From: Gemmatimonadota bacterium | Lineage (GTDB): Bacteria; Gemmatimonadota; Gemmatimonadetes; Longimicrobiales; Longimicrobiaceae | Length of the DNA stretch: 64,000 nt | Direction: 5' to 3' | NCBI GenBank assembly: GCA_031260285.1 | Contig: JAIRKD010000086.1 | Coordinates: 4,779 to 68,778 of the forward strand | Translations under genes and position numbers: made by a program | The notes under the pieces: generated by a model | What the model was told of the DNA's origin: nothing | The model's input: only the letters and a program-made list of their open reading frames with translations | Database searches by the model: none | Shown here: one piece after another, positions 27,159 to 36,296 of the stretch | Numbering within the stretch: position 1 is the first letter of the stretch | Layout: the number at the start of each line of letters is the position of its first letter

Positions 27159-30074
27159 CTAGTCCGTGGACTTGCTGAGCGTACGCGCCACTTCCTCAAC
27201 GCGGTAACACTCGACCACGTCTCCGACCTTCACATCGTTGAAATTGCCGATATTCAGACCGCAGTCGAAGCCCGCGCGCACTTCCTTCGCGTCGTCCTTG
27301 AACCGCTTGAGGCTCTCCAGCTCGCCCTCGTAGATCTGGATCCCATCGCGGATAACGCGGACCTTGCCACGGCGCTGGATCTCGCCGTCGGTAACCATAC
27401 AACCGGCAACCGTACCCACCCGGGGCACCTTGAAGATCTGCCGTACTTCCGCGGAGCCGAGAAGCACCTCCCGTTCCTCCGGGCTGAGCATCCCTTCCAT
27501 CGCCGCGCGAACCTCGGTGACGGCTTCGTAGATGATGTTGTAGAGGCGGATATCAATCTCTTCGCGCTCCGCGACCACCCTCGCCTCACTCGTCGGCCGC
27601 ACATGGAAGCCGATCACAATCGCGCCAGCCGTTGATGCAAGCAGAACGTCGGACTCGTTGATCGCACCGACACCTCTGTGGATCACCTCCACCCGGACTT
27701 CCTTTGTGCTCAGCTGGCCCAGCGCATCGGAAAGCGCCTGTACCGAGCCGTCCACGTCGCCCTTGATCACCAGGTTGAGCTGAACCTCCTCACCCTTCTC
27801 AAGCAGCTTCGCCAGATCCATCATCCGGACGCCGCGGCCCTTGATGCGCATCCGCTTTTCACGCTCCAGGCGCTGGCGGGTCTGCGCAACTTCCGCGGCG
27901 CGGGCAGCCTCCAGTACAATCAGCTGGTCACCGGCAGCGGGAACTCCGCTGATTCCGAGAATCTGGGCCGGCACGGCGGGCCCCGCGAACGGAACCGAGT
28001 GGCCGCGCTCATCAAGCATCGCGCGGACACGTCCGTCAAACCGGCCGCAGACAAACGACTCACCAGCCCGCAACGTTCCGTTTGTGACCAGAACCGTTGC
28101 GATCGGGCCCTTGCCCGGATCAAGACGGGACTCGATGACCACACCGGTTGCCGGGCGGTTCGGGTTCGCCTTCAGCTCCAGAAGATCCGCCTGGAGAAGG
28201 ACCTTTTCAAGAAGCTCATCCATCCCCATCCCGCGCTTCGCGGAAACCTCAGCGGACATTACATCACCGCCGAACTCCTCAAGCACAACCCCGTGCTGCA
28301 GAAGGTCCTGCTTGACCCGACCCGGGTTGGCGGCGGGAAGGTCAACCTTGTTCACCGCCACGATGATCGGCACACCCGCGTTCCGGGCGTGACTGATCGC
28401 CTCCACCGTCTGCGGCATCACCGAGTCATCCGCGGCAACCACCAGAATCACGAGGTCCGTGACCTCGGCACCACGGGCACGCATCGCAGTGAACGCAGCG
28501 TGGCCCGGTGTATCGAGGAAGGTGATCGAACGACCATCCACATCCACGTTGTAGGCGCCGATGTGCTGCGTGATCCCGCCCGACTCCCCGGCGATGACGT
28601 TGGTCTTCCGGATGTAGTCGAGCAGCGACGTCTTTCCGTGGTCCACGTGACCCATCACGGTGACCACCGGCGGCCGGGGGACAAGATCCGCCTCATCGTC
28701 CTCCACCTCCTCCACCTCCGCCTCCGCGCCGTACTCCTCTTCGCGGATGGCGGTGAATCCGAACTCATCCAGCACCATCTCGATCTGGTCGAAGTCGAGG
28801 CGCTGGTTGATCGTCACCATCAGGTTGAGGTTCCGGAACGCTGACGAAACGATTTCCGTCGCGGAACGGTTGATCATCTCGGCCAGCTCAGCCACCGTCA
28901 GGAACTCGTTCACCCGAACGGTTGTGGCCTCTTCCTGCCGCTGCCGTTCGCGCTCTTCCTCCCGGCGCTCCTGGGCTGTTGGCCCGGAGTCACCACGGCC
29001 CTTCCGCCGACGGCGACCGCCACCTTCCATCGCGGCCATCGTCTTCCGGAACATCTGATCCACAGCTTCCTGATCAACGCCCCGTTTCTTCTTCCGGTCC
29101 TTCTTACGACGCTTCTTTGCGTCGGCGCTCTCACCACCGGCTTCAGGCCGGACGCCACCCTTGGCCCCGCCAGCCGGAGGTCCACCAGCGCGAGCAGGCG
29201 GAGCGGGAGGTGCACCATGCCGGACCGGCGTCGGCGTAAAGCCACCCGGACGCGGAGGACGGGCGGCCCCTCCACCCTGGCCCTGACCACCCTGCTGACC
29301 CTGACCACCCTGGTGGCCCTGCGGGCGGGCGTTTGACTGCCCACCCTGCGGACGCGAAGGAGCTCCCTGGCTTCCATGTCGGGCTGACTGAGGCGGCCCG
29401 CCATGACCCTGCCGGGCCGGAGGCGGTCCACCCTGCCCCTGTCTCGCAGGAGGTGGCCCGTTCGAACGCGCGGGGGGCGGACCATCCTGACGGCCAGTGG
29501 GCCGCTCTTCCCGACGTGGGGAAGAAGGGGCCGAAGAAGCTGCCGCGGGAGGTGGCGGAGCGACGCGACGGGGAGGGGCCGGAGCCTCCGGAGCCGGACG
29601 GGCGGGCGGGCGGGCAACAGGTGCCTCAGCGGCCGCAGCCGGTGGCCGGGAAGCAGACGTCTCAGCCTTCGTCTCCTCCACAGCCGCAACCGGCGCAGCT
29701 GCGGGCTCCACGATCACGATCCCCGCCGGCTCCACACCGGTGGTGACGCTCTCGGCACCGCGCTCAGCCGCCTTCTCGGCGGCTTCACCCGCCATTGCCT
29801 CCGCTGCATCCGCATCCGCGGAAGTGGTCTCGTCCGCCTTCCTGCGGCGACGACGACCGGCGGCCTGGCTGTCGTCAACCACCGCTTCAACCGGGCGGTC
29901 CGTCGAGACATGGCCAAGCCGCCGCTTCCGCTCCATAACCGTCCGCAGCCGGGCGATCTGTCCATCGCTGAGCTGGGACATGTGACTGCGAACCGGAATA
30001 TCCATTTCCCTGAGAAGCTGAACCAGCGACTCAGCGGAAACGTCGAGCTCCTTCGCGATTTCGTCCACTCGCAT
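27159..30074 (-). CDS. infB: Translation initiation factor IF-2
   Basis: 971 aa. IF2_N start [13 protein letters not shown]. GTPase motifs [30 protein letters not shown] 10 nt upstream of the ATG, inside the end of the preceding gene. Confidence 0.96.
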   Translation of the reverse strand: MRVDEIAKELDVSAESLVQLLREMDIPVRSHMSQLSDGQIARLRTVMERKRRLGHVSTDRPVEAVVDDSQAAGRRRRRKADETTSADADAAEAMAGEAAEKAAERGAESVTTGVEPAGIVIVEPAAAPVAAVEETKAETSASRPPAAAAEAPVARPPARPAPEAPAPPRRVAPPPPAAASSAPSSPRREERPTGRQDGPPPARSNGPPPARQGQGGPPPARQGHGGPPQSARHGSQGAPSRPQGGQSNARPQGHQGGQGQQGGQGQGGGAARPPRPGGFTPTPVRHGAPPAPPARAGGPPAGGAKGGVRPEAGGESADAKKRRKKDRKKKRGVDQEAVDQMFRKTMAAMEGGGRRRRKGRGDSGPTAQERREEERERQRQEEATTVRVNEFLTVAELAEMINRSATEIVSSAFRNLNLMVTINQRLDFDQIEMVLDEFGFTAIREEEYGAEAEVEEVEDDEADLVPRPPVVTVMGHVDHGKTSLLDYIRKTNVIAGESGGITQHIGAYNVDVDGRSITFLDTPGHAAFTAMRARGAEVTDLVILVVAADDSVMPQTVEAISHARNAGVPIIVAVNKVDLPAANPGRVKQDLLQHGVVLEEFGGDVMSAEVSAKRGMGMDELLEKVLLQADLLELKANPNRPATGVVIESRLDPGKGPIATVLVTNGTLRAGESFVCGRFDGRVRAMLDERGHSVPFAGPAVPAQILGISGVPAAGDQLIVLEAARAAEVAQTRQRLEREKRMRIKGRGVRMMDLAKLLEKGEEVQLNLVIKGDVDGSVQALSDALGQLSTKEVRVEVIHRGVGAINESDVLLASTAGAIVIGFHVRPTSEARVVAEREEIDIRLYNIIYEAVTEVRAAMEGMLSPEEREVLLGSAEVRQIFKVPRVGTVAGCMVTDGEIQRRGKVRVIRDGIQIYEGELESLKRFKDDAKEVRAGFDCGLNIGNFNDVKVGDVVECYRVEEVARTLSKSTD
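29084..29654 (-). repeat. Coding low-complexity Pro/Gly/Ala/Gln-rich repeats in the IF-2 N-terminal linker
   Basis: IF-2 residues ~140-330 contain GPPPAR three times ([32 protein letters not shown]), QGGQGQ repeats and a [12 protein letters not shown] patch. The DNA shows the short tandem repeat ctgaccaccctg. Confidence 0.8.
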
Positions 30075-30078
30075 CCGT

Positions 30079-30465
30079 CTAACTGCCTCCTTGCTGTTCC
30101 GCCGAGCGCAATCGGGCCCTCAGCAACTCTCCGACACGGGTCGCCATTGCCGGATGGGTGAGACCGACGGCCGAAACCGGAGGGCGCCCGATAGCGGCCC
30201 CCAACTCATCCCTGGTAAACACAATTTCGTAGGGTATACGCCGGGCTTCGAGAAGCGGAACGAGTTTGCCTCGCTGGCCATCAGCCGTATCCACCGCCAG
30301 AAGAACCAGATGGACACCGCCTTCACGAGCCGCCGCCCGGACTCCATGGGTTCCGGTCACGAGAGAACCCGCTCTCGCGCCGAACCCAAGGAGATCAAGC
30401 GCGGCGCGAGCGAGCTTTCGCGTTTCCGGCTGACCGCCCCTGTCCCCGCCTTCCACCGCGGCCAA
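30079..30465 (-). CDS. L7Ae/L30e-family RNA-binding protein (YlxQ-like)
   Basis: 128 aa. Segment GFGARAGSLVTGTHGVRAAAREGGVHLVLLAVDTAD...IPYEIVFTRDELGAAIGR matches the L7Ae-fold pattern. Sits in the nusA-infB spacer as ylxQ does in Bacillus. TTG start at 30465; GTG 30456 is an alternative. Confidence 0.7.
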   Translation of the reverse strand: MAAVEGGDRGGQPETRKLARAALDLLGFGARAGSLVTGTHGVRAAAREGGVHLVLLAVDTADGQRGKLVPLLEARRIPYEIVFTRDELGAAIGRPPVSAVGLTHPAMATRVGELLRARLRSAEQQGGS

Positions 30466-30497
30466 GACCGAGCTCTATCGAGACTCGTGAGCGCTCT

Positions 30498-31829
30498 CTA
30501 TTCCGCTGATGAGGAGGTTTCACCCGCCTCATCTTCGACGGTGAGCTCCTCGATAAGGGCGAGCACGCGATCCGCCTCATCAGCCCCGATACCGGGGATC
30601 CGCAGGAGGTCTTCGCGCTCAAGATCGATTACATCGAAGAAGCTAGTATACCCGGCCGCTTCCAGCGCCGCCAGTGTGGCGGGAGCCAGCCCCAGAGCCC
30701 GCAACGGGAAGTCCGAAGTCTCGTATTCTTCACCCGCCGGACGCTCACCACCACCGAAGAGCGCCTCTTCCGCTCCCCGCTCCAGCCATTCCCGCGAGCC
30801 GAAGAGATTGATCTCCCAGCCGATCAACTGCGACGCGAGACGGACATTCTGACCCGCCCGCCCGATGGCCAGTGAAAGCTGGTCCTCATCAACAATCGCG
30901 GTGATCACCCGGTGATCGAAGTCCGACACCACCTTCGCCACACGGGCAGGAGCCAGTGCCCGCTTCGCGAACACCTCGGGATCCGGGTGCCAGGGAACGA
31001 TGTCTATCCGCTCACCACCCAGCTCCTGAACCACAGCTCGCACCCGGGAGCCCTTCAGCCCCACACATGCACCCACGGGATCAATCGACTCATCGCGCGA
31101 CGAGACAGCCAGCTTGGTCCGGCCGCCGACCTCACGGGCAACGCCCCGGATCTCCACGACACCCTGCTGGATCTCCGGCACTTCAAGCCGGAAGAGTGCC
31201 CCGACAAACAGCGGATCCGCACGCGAAAGAACCAGCCGGGGCCCCTTGGGGCTCTCCTCGACCTTCTTCAGCACCGCGCGGATCGCCTCGCCCTGACGGA
31301 AGCGCTCCCTCGGGTTCTGCTCCTTCCAGGGGATCACCGCATCCGCGTCGCGGCTCCGGTTCAGCATCACCACCAGCTTCCCGCGATCAGCCTGCTGTAC
31401 CTCGCCGGAGAGCAGCTCCCCGATGCGATCCGCGTATTCGCTGATGATCTTCTGACGTTCGCCTTCACGGACACGCTGCAGCATCCGCTGCTTCGCGGCC
31501 ATCACCGCATTGCGCCCGAATTCCGAGAACTCAACCGGAACTTCAAGCACGTCACCGACCTCGAAGTCAGGGTCGTCCCACTGCGCTTCTTCGAGCGAGA
31601 TCTGACGTGCAGAGTCCTCCACTTCAGCGACGACTTCCTTCAGGACCGTGATATCGATTCGTCCTGTGTCCTCATTGATCTCGATCTCTGCCTCGACGTT
31701 CGGACCGAACCGACGCGCCAGCGCAGCGAGGATCCCGTCCTTGATCAGGTCGTGGAGTTCCTCGCGCGAAACATTCTTGTTCAGCGAAAGTTCGCGGAAC
31801 GCCGCAAGGATCTGGGTAGCGTTGTTCAT
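30498..31829 (-). CDS. nusA: Transcription termination/antitermination factor NusA
   Basis: 443 aa with NusA N-terminal, S1 and KH regions (LSRADPLFVGALFRLEVPEI, GACVGLKGSRV, AIGRAGQNVRLASQL) plus one C-terminal HhH/AR-like repeat. Confidence 0.95.
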   Translation of the reverse strand: MNNATQILAAFRELSLNKNVSREELHDLIKDGILAALARRFGPNVEAEIEINEDTGRIDITVLKEVVAEVEDSARQISLEEAQWDDPDFEVGDVLEVPVEFSEFGRNAVMAAKQRMLQRVREGERQKIISEYADRIGELLSGEVQQADRGKLVVMLNRSRDADAVIPWKEQNPRERFRQGEAIRAVLKKVEESPKGPRLVLSRADPLFVGALFRLEVPEIQQGVVEIRGVAREVGGRTKLAVSSRDESIDPVGACVGLKGSRVRAVVQELGGERIDIVPWHPDPEVFAKRALAPARVAKVVSDFDHRVITAIVDEDQLSLAIGRAGQNVRLASQLIGWEINLFGSREWLERGAEEALFGGGERPAGEEYETSDFPLRALGLAPATLAALEAAGYTSFFDVIDLEREDLLRIPGIGADEADRVLALIEELTVEDEAGETSSSAE

Positions 31830-31867
31830 CGATGATCCATCCTCACCGGTATATAAGGCAGACGCGC

Positions 31868-32368
31868 TCAGGCGTCGCTCTTTTCCCCGCCCCAGCGAAA
31901 AACCAGATGTACTCGTTTCACCTGCTCACGCGGAACAGACAGCTCAACGCCGTCCGCTGTACGCAGCAGAATTGATTCCCGCCCTGGCTCGCCACTCAGC
32001 CCCAGCAGTTCGCCTTCCACCCGCTTGACTGATCCGTGCAGCGCAACCTTCCCGTGCACGGCGATCTCCCTGCCCCGGAACCGCTCGAAGTCACCCGACT
32101 TCACCAGCGGACGCTCAACCCCGGGGGATGAGACCTCCAGCACGTACGCCTCGGGCACATCCCCGCGGGCATCAAGTCCGGCTTCGAGCGACCGGCTGAC
32201 CGCCCGGCAGTCATCCAGACTTACGCCCTGCCCGGGTGCAGAGTCCGGCCGGTCGATGCGCAGGCGAAAAATCGGCCGTGCCTTTGAACCCGCCCGCTCC
32301 AGTTCGACCAGTTCGAACCCGAGCTCCTCCACATGCCCTTCAATGAACTTCTCGACCGGATCGGTCAT
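31868..32368 (-). CDS. rimP: Ribosome maturation factor RimP
   Basis: 166 aa. Motifs GFELVELE, LEVSSPG.ERPL. Immediately upstream of nusA. Confidence 0.88.
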   Translation of the reverse strand: MTDPVEKFIEGHVEELGFELVELERAGSKARPIFRLRIDRPDSAPGQGVSLDDCRAVSRSLEAGLDARGDVPEAYVLEVSSPGVERPLVKSGDFERFRGREIAVHGKVALHGSVKRVEGELLGLSGEPGRESILLRTADGVELSVPREQVKRVHLVFRWGGEKSDA

Positions 32369-32576
32369 AAAAACAAACAGATCAGGGTGCGGATCACCTG
32401 CTCAACCCGACTTCCGGAACCCGGCGGCATCAACCGGAATGACATCCCGGGAGGCCCGCCTGAGGCCGGCTGACCCGTACGGCCCGCATCAACTCCGGAC
32501 CCGGATCAGGACTGCCTCAAAACCGAACCGCAGTCATTACACGAGCCGATATACAGATCGTTACAGAAAATTACGG

Positions 32577-32609
32577 CAACAAAAAAGTGGGGTGACAACT
32601 CCCCCACTT
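32577..32609 (-). terminator. Rho-independent terminator after pgeF
   Basis: Minus strand reads AAGTGGGG-GAGTTGTCA-CCCCACTT followed by TTTTTTGTTG. 8-bp GC-rich stem at 32585-32592 / 32602-32609. Confidence 0.85.
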
Positions 32610-32696
32610 CGAAACGACGGCCAGAACCGCCGGATACCGCACATCTTCGTTACCGGAAGATAGCCCGAGGGCGGGGTGTTCGCAATCCCGCACAGA

Positions 32697-33494
32697 CTAC
32701 TCCCTCACTCCGAGAACACCGACCTGCCGGCCTTCCGAGCCTCTCCGGTGCGAAAAGAAATCTCCTCCGCAGTACGTGCAGTGAGATGACAGGGTGATCC
32801 GCTCCGGCCGGACTCCGGCGTCCACGAACCGGATGGCGATCGCGGCCCGCAGGTCGATGGGTGCCTTTACAAACGGCCCGCCGGAGAGATGGATCGCCTG
32901 ATGGACTTCGGGACCAACTTCGTAACACCTACCGCAGATCGAGGGCCCGCAATGAACCCGAACCTCTTCCAATCGGGCATCATGGGCAAGCATGGCAGCA
33001 AGAGCGTTCTCGACCATACCACCCGCAACACCTCTCCATCCGGCGTGCGCAACCGCCACAATCCGTGAATTCTCCGCGACCAGGAAGACGGGCACACAGT
33101 CCGCCGCCGAAACCGTCAGCAGCATGCCCGGTTGACGGGTGATATGTCCGTCCGCCCCCTCGGAGACCACGAGCCCGGACGGAAGTCCCTTCGGCCACTC
33201 CTCCACCCGTACGCCATGGACCTGGCGTGAATGGATCGCCGTGGGAAGGCCGGTTGTCTCCCGGAGTCGCCGCCAGCGGCTGAGTGAAACCCCGACAGGG
33301 GTCGACCCCCAGAGACCGAACCCCGTTGTATCCCCGGGGCCGTCCCGGCCGGTTGTCCCCTGCACGAGCCAGGGGAAGAGCTCTGCCCACTCGGGGTGGA
33401 GCCAGAGAGGAATTCCCTCGGGCCCTTCCGGCGTCTTCAGAACTTCGGTGACTGTACGAACCGCCGCGGAAGGGCGCTGAGCAGCGTCAGTCAA
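32697..33494 (-). CDS. pgeF: Peptidoglycan editing factor PgeF (YfiH/DUF152, laccase-domain protein)
   Basis: Family motifs HSRQVHG, SAADCVPV, HAGWRG, GPSICGRCYEVG, CTYC. The track ORF reaches 33692 but overlaps the upstream gene. I chose TTG 33494 (8-nt overlap with the upstream stop). Start uncertain. Confidence 0.85.
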   Translation of the reverse strand: MTDAAQRPSAAVRTVTEVLKTPEGPEGIPLWLHPEWAELFPWLVQGTTGRDGPGDTTGFGLWGSTPVGVSLSRWRRLRETTGLPTAIHSRQVHGVRVEEWPKGLPSGLVVSEGADGHITRQPGMLLTVSAADCVPVFLVAENSRIVAVAHAGWRGVAGGMVENALAAMLAHDARLEEVRVHCGPSICGRCYEVGPEVHQAIHLSGGPFVKAPIDLRAAIAIRFVDAGVRPERITLSSHCTYCGGDFFSHRRGSEGRQVGVLGVRE

Positions 33495-33882
33495 CCGGAA
33501 TCCCCCCGCTCGGGCCGCTCCCGTCAACAGGCGACTCGCGGAGAGGCTGTACAGACGGACCGGCGTCCGCGGCAGAGGCCGGAGCCCCGGGCCGGGTGGC
33601 ACCCTCAAGCTGATCCAGCCGGGCCCGCAACGCCTCCACCTCCCGACGCAGTGCTTCGTGTTCGGCCCGGGAGACAACGTCCAGCCGCTCACGCGCGCTG
33701 CTCAGCGTGTTCCTCGCTAGTTCCGAGGCGTCGCGGATAACACCTTTCGCCCGTTCAGGGTCAGGAGCTCCGCGAGCAATGGCTTCATCAATTGTTTCCT
33801 CCAGCGCGTCGCGGAAGGCGGAAAGCAGGCCGATCCCCGTCCGTATTCCGTCCGCGATTCCGCCTTCACGTTCATCAGTCAT
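33487..33882 (-). CDS. Small coiled-coil protein (phasin/COG3937-like), function unknown
   Basis: ATG 33882 is preceded by TAAGGAGGAG, which contains the murA stop. 131 aa: MTDEREGGIADGIRTGIGLLSAFRDALEETIDEAI...RAEHEALRREVEALRARLDQLEG, then a Pro/Ala/Ser-rich tail. The track ORF starts 27 codons earlier, inside murA. Confidence 0.65.
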   Translation of the reverse strand: MTDEREGGIADGIRTGIGLLSAFRDALEETIDEAIARGAPDPERAKGVIRDASELARNTLSSARERLDVVSRAEHEALRREVEALRARLDQLEGATRPGAPASAADAGPSVQPLRESPVDGSGPSGGIPVD

Positions 33883-33898
33883 GGAGTGTCGCTCCTCC

Positions 33899-35197
33899 TT
33901 AATCGTCTTCCCGGGAGTCACCGCGTTCGATCCGGGCTCCCAGGGCGCGCAGACGCTCGTCAATCCGTTCGTACCCGCGTTCGATCTGGCCGATATTGTA
34001 GATCTCGCTCTGGCCTTCAGCGCCGAGGGCGGCGATCAGGAGCGCCATTCCCGCCCGGATGTCAGGGCTCTCCACAATCCCGCCGCGAAGCTTTGATGGC
34101 CCGACCACCACCACCCGGTGCGGATCGCAGAGAATGATGCGGGCGCCCATCCCGAGGAGCTTGTCCGTAAAGAACATCCGGGACTCGAACATCTTCTCGT
34201 GGATGAGGATTGTCCCTTCACACTGGGTTGCCGCAACCAGGGCGATGGAGGTGAGATCCGCAGGGAAAGCGGGCCAGGGGCCGTCATCAATTTTGGGAAT
34301 ATGACCGCCGAGGTCCATGCGGATCTTCAGCTCCTGATCCCCTGAAATGAAGACATCCTCACCCCGGATCTCGGCCTGGACCCCGAGCCTTGAAAAACCG
34401 ATCAGCGTTGAGTCCAGGAAGTGCGGAGCCGCGTCCTCGATAAGGATCTCGCCGCGGGTGACCGCCGCCAGGGCGATGAACGACCCGACCTCGATATGGT
34501 CGGAACTGATCCGGAACCGGCCTCCACGCAGGCGGGTGGCTCCCTCAATTTCAAGGGAGCCTGTTCCCGCGCCGGAGATCTGACAGCCCATGCCGGAAAG
34601 CATCGAACACAGGTCCTGCACATGGGGCTCTGCCGCCGCATTTCGCAGAAGGGTTGTGCCTTTTGCGAGAGAGGCGGCCATCACCGCGTTCTCTGTCGCG
34701 GTCACGCTCGGCTCATCCAGGAAGATCCGGGCTCCGTGCAGGCCGCTCTCGGCATGCAGACCGAAGATTCCGCAGCGTTCCCCGAAGGTTGCGCCCAGCG
34801 CCTCCAGCGCGAGGAAATGGGTATCCATCCGGCGGCGACCGATGATATCTCCACCCGGCTGGGGAAGTTGCATCTCCCCCGTCCGTGCGAGCATCGGCCC
34901 GGCCAGAAGGATGGACGCCCGGATGCTCGCCGCGGACTCCGGATCCAGCTCGCGGGGGCGGATCTCTCTGGCCTGGATGCGCACCACATTCCGGTCGATC
35001 CAGCCCACCTCCACACCGAGCCCTTCCATCAGCTCCATCAACGTCTTCACATCCCGGATTTCGGGGACGTTTTCGAGGATCACCTCTTCCTCAGTGAGCA
35101 GCGCCGCCGCCAGCATGGGAAGAGCGGCGTTCTTGTTTCCTGCCGGCCGCACGCGGCCATTCAGACGTTGTCCTCCCTGGACGACAAACTTCGGCAC
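33899..35197 (-). CDS. murA: UDP-N-acetylglucosamine 1-carboxyvinyltransferase
   Basis: 432 aa starting [30 protein letters not shown]-synthase-fold repeats. Confidence 0.95.
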   Translation of the reverse strand: MPKFVVQGGQRLNGRVRPAGNKNAALPMLAAALLTEEEVILENVPEIRDVKTLMELMEGLGVEVGWIDRNVVRIQAREIRPRELDPESAASIRASILLAGPMLARTGEMQLPQPGGDIIGRRRMDTHFLALEALGATFGERCGIFGLHAESGLHGARIFLDEPSVTATENAVMAASLAKGTTLLRNAAAEPHVQDLCSMLSGMGCQISGAGTGSLEIEGATRLRGGRFRISSDHIEVGSFIALAAVTRGEILIEDAAPHFLDSTLIGFSRLGVQAEIRGEDVFISGDQELKIRMDLGGHIPKIDDGPWPAFPADLTSIALVAATQCEGTILIHEKMFESRMFFTDKLLGMGARIILCDPHRVVVVGPSKLRGGIVESPDIRAGMALLIAALGAEGQSEIYNIGQIERGYERIDERLRALGARIERGDSREDD

Positions 35198-35330
35198 GAT
35201 CAGCTGCTCCTGTTACCGGGCGTATGGGTCGGCGGGGTACCGACAGAAAAGCGCGACAGAACGCCGCGACCGCCCCGCGCGCAAGGAACGTGCAACATGA
35301 ACGGAGCGTCCGCCATGCCTCACGTTATGC

Positions 35331-35360
35331 TTGACACATTTCCGAAGGCATGGGTAGTTT
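35331..35360 (+). promoter_or_regulatory. Sigma-70-like promoter candidate for the PII-like gene
   Basis: TTGACA (35331-35336), 18-nt spacer, TAGTTT (35355-35360). About 35 nt upstream of a GGAGG SD and the GTG start at 35400. Hexamer match only. Confidence 0.45.
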
Positions 35361-35399
35361 CACGGGATTCTTCATGAACCCTTCCCCGCCGGAGGCCAC

Positions 35400-35750
35400 G
35401 TGCAGCTCCTGATCGCGGTCATTAACGAGGAAGAGAAGCTGGACGAGATTCTCCTGGGGATGATCGAGCTCGGTATCACCGGAGCAACAATCATCAACAG
35501 CGAGGGAATGGGCCGGGTACTGTCACATGACATCCCGATCTTCGCCGGCCTTGAGGCGATTGCCTCTCTGTCCCGCCCACGGAACCATACGATCTTCAGC
35601 GTCATCCGCGAAGACGAGAAGGTTGCGGGCGCCCTTCGGCTCTTCCGCGAAATATGCGGTGACCTGGAGAGGCCGGCCACGGGTATCGTGTTCACCATCC
35701 CTGTCAACCAGGTGGCAGGACTGGCGCCGGAGATCGGCGAGGATGGTTGA
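35400..35750 (+). CDS. PII-like (GlnB-fold) small signalling protein, divergent T-loop
   Basis: 116 aa. MQLLIAVINEEEKLDEILLGMIELGITGATIINSEGMGR follows the beta-alpha-beta pattern of PII proteins, and the second half IFSVIREDEKVAGALRLFREI...GIVFTIPV completes the ferredoxin-like fold. GGAGG SD 4-5 nt before the GTG. Confidence 0.65.
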   Translation: MQLLIAVINEEEKLDEILLGMIELGITGATIINSEGMGRVLSHDIPIFAGLEAIASLSRPRNHTIFSVIREDEKVAGALRLFREICGDLERPATGIVFTIPVNQVAGLAPEIGEDG

Positions 35751-35914
35751 AGGGCTGACGGCTCTCGCAGGAAGCCGTCAGGGTCATTTGCGGGGGATGC
35801 CAGGGATGCGCGCCGGAAATGTTTCTCCCGCGCATCAGGCGTCAGGGTCTGGAACCACTTTTGCACGATTCAGGGGCGGAACGGCGTCCCTACACCAGAA
35901 CCGGAGATCGCGGA

Positions 35915-36286
35915 ATGCCACGCCAGGATACGCTTGATTTTCTGACCGCCTTTGCGGTTGGCACGGTGCTCGGCGTCGGAGCAACATTGCTTCTGCAGCC
36001 GGACAATTCACCCAAGGCACGTCTCGCGCGCGAGCTGAAGCCCTACCGCAAACAGGTCCGGAAAGGGTACCGGAATGTTTCGCGGGGGATCCGTGAAGGG
36101 GCGGATTCGGCTTCGGAGCTGACGTCTGATGTGATCGGCGCGGGACGGGAGCTGCTCAAGGAGTTCCGGTCCGAGGTCGCGGAGATCCTGGACCAGGCGC
36201 GCTCGGAGCTGGGGGATATCATCACGGATCAGTCGAAGGAGCTGCGCCGCGGCACCCGGCGGGCCCGGCGGAAGATCGGGCTGTAA
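35915..36286 (+). CDS. YtxH-like membrane-anchored coiled-coil (general stress type) protein
   Basis: ATG 35915 with GGAGA 8 nt upstream. N-terminal TM helix (FLTAFAVGTVLGVGATLLL), then a charged helical region (KPYRKQVRKGYRNVSRGIREGADSASELTSDV...). Confidence 0.6.
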   Translation: MPRQDTLDFLTAFAVGTVLGVGATLLLQPDNSPKARLARELKPYRKQVRKGYRNVSRGIREGADSASELTSDVIGAGRELLKEFRSEVAEILDQARSELGDIITDQSKELRRGTRRARRKIGL

Positions 36287-36296
36287 GGCTGCTTCC

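Noticed and set aside
29084-29654. Possible CRISPR-like or VNTR repeat array
   Set aside because: The repeats are short, in frame and inside infB, where they encode low-complexity linker peptide. There is no repeat-spacer organisation anywhere in the window.
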